From: Octopus sinensis
Taxonomy: Eukaryota
Reading direction: 5' to 3'
Length of the DNA: 64,000 nt
Assembly (NCBI RefSeq): GCF_006345805.1
Contig: NC_043004.1
Location: 51,832,001-51,896,000 of the forward strand
The position numbers were made by a program, and so were the translations under genes. Shown here one piece after another: positions 59,681-64,000 of the stretch. The notes beneath the pieces are model-generated. The model was not told the DNA's origin and did not search any database. It saw nothing but the letters and a program-made list of their open reading frames with translations. Numbering within the stretch: position 1 is the stretch's first letter; every line of letters begins with the position of its first letter.

Positions 59681-61153
59681 TCGAACGGAATTAAATTAAT
59701 AATGATTGATTATTGGTTAATTAACGATCATTAATAGCGCGTCCAACATGATGCTCAGCTTCTATTTCTTCCTATCTCTTTAGGTTCAAATTCCGCGAAG
59801 GTAGGCCTTGCTTGTCATCCTTTTGGGGACGATGAAATAAGTTCCTCTCAAGTACTGGGGTCTATGTTTAACTATTTAAACCTCTCCTAAAATTGCTGCT
59901 CCTGCGCCAAAATTAGGAAGAATTAATTATTAATAGCGGTGTCGGGTAGAATTCAAAACCTGCCCCAGGGACTCGGTGAAATTATATGAAGATACTAGTT
60001 ATTTACAATGAGCATGTTTTTGTGTAAAAACATCAAAGAGTTGTTGGCACATGTGGGATGTTGACATCACTTTGCCACAGTTCACACCAATAACAGCAGC
60101 AGCAGCAAGTACAACAACAACAATAAAACCATAAATGAAAAATAAGAGGTAAAAGAAAAAACAGCAGCAGAAGCGACATGAGTCAATGAAGGTCTCTACA
60201 TAGTCTTTTGATCTGCTGGAAATAGCAGCCAACTCCTGTTGGACAACGATTTTGGAGATAGCTGTTACAAATTAAATCGAATTTCTTAGTTTTGTTGGGT
60301 TTTTTTGCCGTATTTTTCGTAACATCAAAATAATATGCAATTCGCATTAAGAAAGCTTATCTTTTTCAAACTTTTTAACTATCTCCTTTCATCGTGCCTC
60401 CAGAATAACTGTCTCCAATAAAATCAATTATTTTCTATCTCAGTATTTTTCATTTTATATTACACATTCTGAAACGCTTGTAATTCACACACTTTAATAA
60501 AAGGAAAATTTAAAATATACCAAAACATAATCATTGCTGCTAGATTGCCCTTGATTATCAGTAACAATCATAACTAAATCGGTTTCGATGATCAATCAGT
60601 ATTCCAATTGTTCGATCAACTGACCTATCTATCTACTCGTTTAATTAACGTGTAAGTGGCTGAATATTTCACAGACTTATATCTACAATGTAATTCTAAC
60701 TAATGACAAAGCTGTTTTACTCACAAGTCTTTGGGTCGGCCTAAATGCTAATCAGTGGAGCCGTATCCTAGGACTTTTACGACTGCGATGCGAACTTCTT
60801 AAACCACTCGGCCAAGCCTGTGAACATTATAACTATCACCATTACAAACACAGATCACAAACAGAAGCACCATACACCACCGTTACAAATAGTTACCACT
60901 CTGCAACTACAACATGATCAACACAATAAGATCATCATAACATTGTCTATACTACCAACTAACAACACTGCGCTTTTTTTTTTTTTTTTAAGGAACTCTG
61001 ACTTCGTCCCAAGAAGCAAACAAAACTACAACCTCCACCGCTAATAATAAACCAGCGTCGATTGCTATAACACAAATAAAAAGTATCAAGCAACAGTTTA
61101 TAAAAAAAACTATACTACAAGAGACTAAGCCACAAAAAAAACTCTCAACACTG

Positions 61154-61193
<40 letters not shown>

Positions 61194-61347
61194 TTATATG
61201 GTACTATATATATATATGGTACTATATATATATATATTATACACACTCAGTATATCACCACGTCACAATGTCAACGGTCGCGAAAAGAAAAAATATATAT
61301 ATATATGTATGTATATAAAACCTATATATTTTTTATTTTTATCACTG

Positions 61348-61515
61348 ATTCCAGTCATTTGACTGTGCCCATGCTGGAGCACCGCCTAAGTCGAACAATT
61401 CGACCCCAGGACTTATTCCATCGGTATCTTTTGCCGAACCGCTATGTTATGGGGATGTAAACATACCAACATCAGTTGTCAAGCGACGGGAGGGGGCAAA
61501 CAGACAGACAGACAG

Positions 61516-61574
<59 letters not shown>

Positions 61575-61720
61575 TATACGACGGGCTTTTTTCAGTTTCC
61601 GTTTACCACTCAAAAGACTTTGGCTGTAGCGAGGCAACAATAGAAGACACCTGCCCAAGGTGCCACGCAGTGGGACTGAACCCGGAACCATGTGGTTGGG
61701 AAGCAAGCTTCTTACCACAC
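61348..61720 (-). mobile_element. SINE family 1, diverged
   Basis: Reverse-complement match. Confidence 0.88.
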
Positions 61721-62159
61721 AAAAACCTATATAACCTATATGTATAAACACTACGAGCATAACTGCCACCACAACCACCATCTTATCTCTGTATTATTAT
61801 ACTATAGAGAACAATATAATACAAACACAATCACAAAAAACCTCACAGTCCACCATTGTAACTAACCACTCACAGGACAGGGCACTATATTATCATTTAT
61901 TAGTACATCACCATGACTACTACCACATCTTCACTATTACACTTATCACTACTATCGCCGCAACATTACCACTACACATCATTATCAGCACCATATATAT
62001 CACGCGTATACTACATCACTAACACTACATTAAATCATTATTAAAAGACTAGTGCCACTACACCACTATAATACTAGCACCAACACATGAATAGAGCAAC
62101 AGTTTAATAAAAATTAAGAAGCAGATGTTCTGAAGTTTCTTGTTTGAAAGAACTCTTAC

Positions 62160-62384
62160 CATTATATCATCGTCATCATCATTGTCATCGACGTAAACGT
62201 TCACTGGTACATTTCCAGTAGTAGCAGTCGTTGCTGTAGTACCACTGCTAATACTACCTCCACTACTACTAGATAACGGGTAATTCCTCAGTTTCGAAGG
62301 TGACGACTCCTTAGGTCCGACCCTCATCTCTCGCCACAACAGCGGAAATAAAAAAGTTTGCAGATGTAGAGCGACACCTAGCAT
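62160..62384 (-). CDS. Probable first coding exon of a minus-strand gene (MLGVALHLQTFLFPLLWREMRVGPKESS...DDNDDDDDIM), product unknown
   Basis: ATG with an upstream in-frame stop, 75 codons, CpG-rich, Ser/Thr- and Asp-rich low-complexity tail, consensus donor ATG|GTAAGA, phase 0. Confidence 0.6.
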
Positions 62385-63529
62385 CGAGGTGAGGGACGAC
62401 TCGCAAGTTCTATTCTCCTCCCTCTCTCCTCTTTATTACACACTTTCTTACTCCACTCCTCACGCTAATCCCATCACTAAAGGGCTCACATCTTCATCCC
62501 CCCACTATTCACATCATCCCTATCATACATCAGCTTATCCTCTCTTACTCTCACTAGTAATTCTCCTCCTTATCTTCTCACTCTAGAGACAGGAGACGAG
62601 GGAAGTCCCTTTCTCATTACAGACATCAATCTTAGTCCCTTTTTTACCATCTAAACTGAAAACTATATAAACTTGTAATCTGAAAGACACTTGATGCAGG
62701 TAATAGAAAACATGTTAGATATTGACTGGAGAGAACTTTTGTCCTCGCTTCTATTTCACTGTCCTCTCACTTTTCTTTATATATATATATATTTTCCCTG
62801 TTGAAAATACACATCACGAAATGAAAGAGGAGGCCATAACTTATTTCTATCTGAATGTATGCGCGTGTGTGTGTGTGTAGCCATCAAACCCCCTCCATCA
62901 TACCATTCCTTGTTCCCCACTCTCAAGTAAATAAACGATATTTTAGAAGGGAAGAGGCTATGTTTTTAGTCCAACCCGAGTGTGTATCTCCCACTCCATC
63001 GGACGGTATTGTATTAGAGCCCCCCCTCTCAGTTTCCACTCTACTGCTGTCTCTCAACCACAAATTAATTCTGTAATAAATAAAAAAATAAAACAAATAA
63101 CTATATTAGACCAAAAGTTCAACTCTCACACTTAAATACCTAATTTACTTCCTCGTTCTTGACATATACATCATAGACATTATTCCGTTGGGTTTATAAG
63201 CCCCAATATTAGGACTAGTCAATATATACGGTAGAAACATACGTGCGTGTGGTATGTGTTGACTGTAGACAGGGCTTAATTCTACATTTCCATCTTAACA
63301 TGTGACTAGTGGAATTGATATCAAGCCTGAAGGGATTTACTCATTATCTTCTAGCTAGCTATTAGTCTAATCTGTTTGTCAATCAGTTAATGTAGCTATT
63401 AATCAAAATATCTATACGCATGTCAATCAATAAATAAATTCAGGCATAGGTATATTTAAAACGGCCTTTTAAGTGAGCCCCACTCCAGTTTGTCTTTATG
63501 GCGGGAATTTCCAACTATTTTCGAATACC

Positions 63530-63578
63530 TATTTCTTTACTACCCACAAGGGGCTACACACAGACGGGACGAATAAAG
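63530..63578 (-). mobile_element. 49-bp SINE family 3 tail insertion
   Basis: Perfect 15-bp TSD CTATTTTCGAATACC (63515-63529, 63579-63593). Confidence 0.88.
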
Positions 63579-64000
63579 CTATTTTCGAATACCGATAAGT
63601 CACAGCAGGAGAAGGTTAATATTCATTGATTGAATTGTCTCAATATGGAGGGGTGGGGGTAATAAAATCCCATATATGGGTACGAGAATAGATTTTATCT
63701 CAGAAAGAAAAGGAAACAAAGAGATAGAAGGAAGGGGAAGAGGAGAGACAGTAGAGGTGGCAGAAACCTTGAAGATTTGGTCGTGTCAAGAAATGTTCGT
63801 AAATATATGAGACATAGTGGGCGAAAGGAAGTATATTCTTCTAGAGATGTAGTGAGAGGTAACTTATATTAACAAGTAGTTGGTATAGGAAGGGTTAAGA
63901 GTTTGTAAGTGTGCTTGAATGAGTGTGTGTGAGAAAGAGAGAGAGAGAAGCAGGTAGAAGTCTTGACATGTATATAGAAGAAAATAGTTGTGTAAATGAA

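Noticed and set aside
10-61781. Recurrent ORFs such as MPRSGTEPGTMWLVSKLLTTQP and MLGGQTQTHKHI
   Set aside because: Chance reading frames through SINE family 1 copies; the repeat is non-coding and frames vary between copies

Overview
AT-rich, repeat-saturated animal genomic DNA. The repeat repertoire strongly suggests an octopus; this is recognition from memory, not a database result. The repertoire is tRNA-headed CORE-like SINEs with an internal (TA)n(TG)n tract, RTE-derived (TGA)n-tailed short elements, CR1 3' ends, piggyBac-, hAT- and Tigger-type MITEs, non-autonomous Helitrons and long (TA)n arrays. Nearly all supplied ORFs are microsatellite or SINE artefacts. The likely host-gene signal is a minus-strand transcription unit. 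It has a good first coding exon at 62384-62160, two further CpG-rich promoter-like zones with minus-strand donors (about 56300-56500 and 44100-44600), and two candidate phase-0 internal exons (20952-20815, 10692-10591). I cannot name the protein. The most notable observations are six. (1) A TSD-flanked ORF1-only (half-LINE-like) retroelement with no reverse transcriptase (50984-52809). (2) A ~1.7-kb ancient palindrome whose diverged arms share a 50/51-identical core (44512-46228). (3) An intron-containing tRNA-Lys(UUU) gene lacking its 5' acceptor strand (25019-25104). (4) A hammerhead-ribozyme-like ~280-bp element embedded in (TA)n (809-1090). (5) Template-switch fold-back hairpins made from SINEs. 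(6) A CRE-MEF2-CRE motif cluster (59490-59680). Coordinates were read by eye; repeat boundaries are approximate unless a TSD or TIR is quoted.
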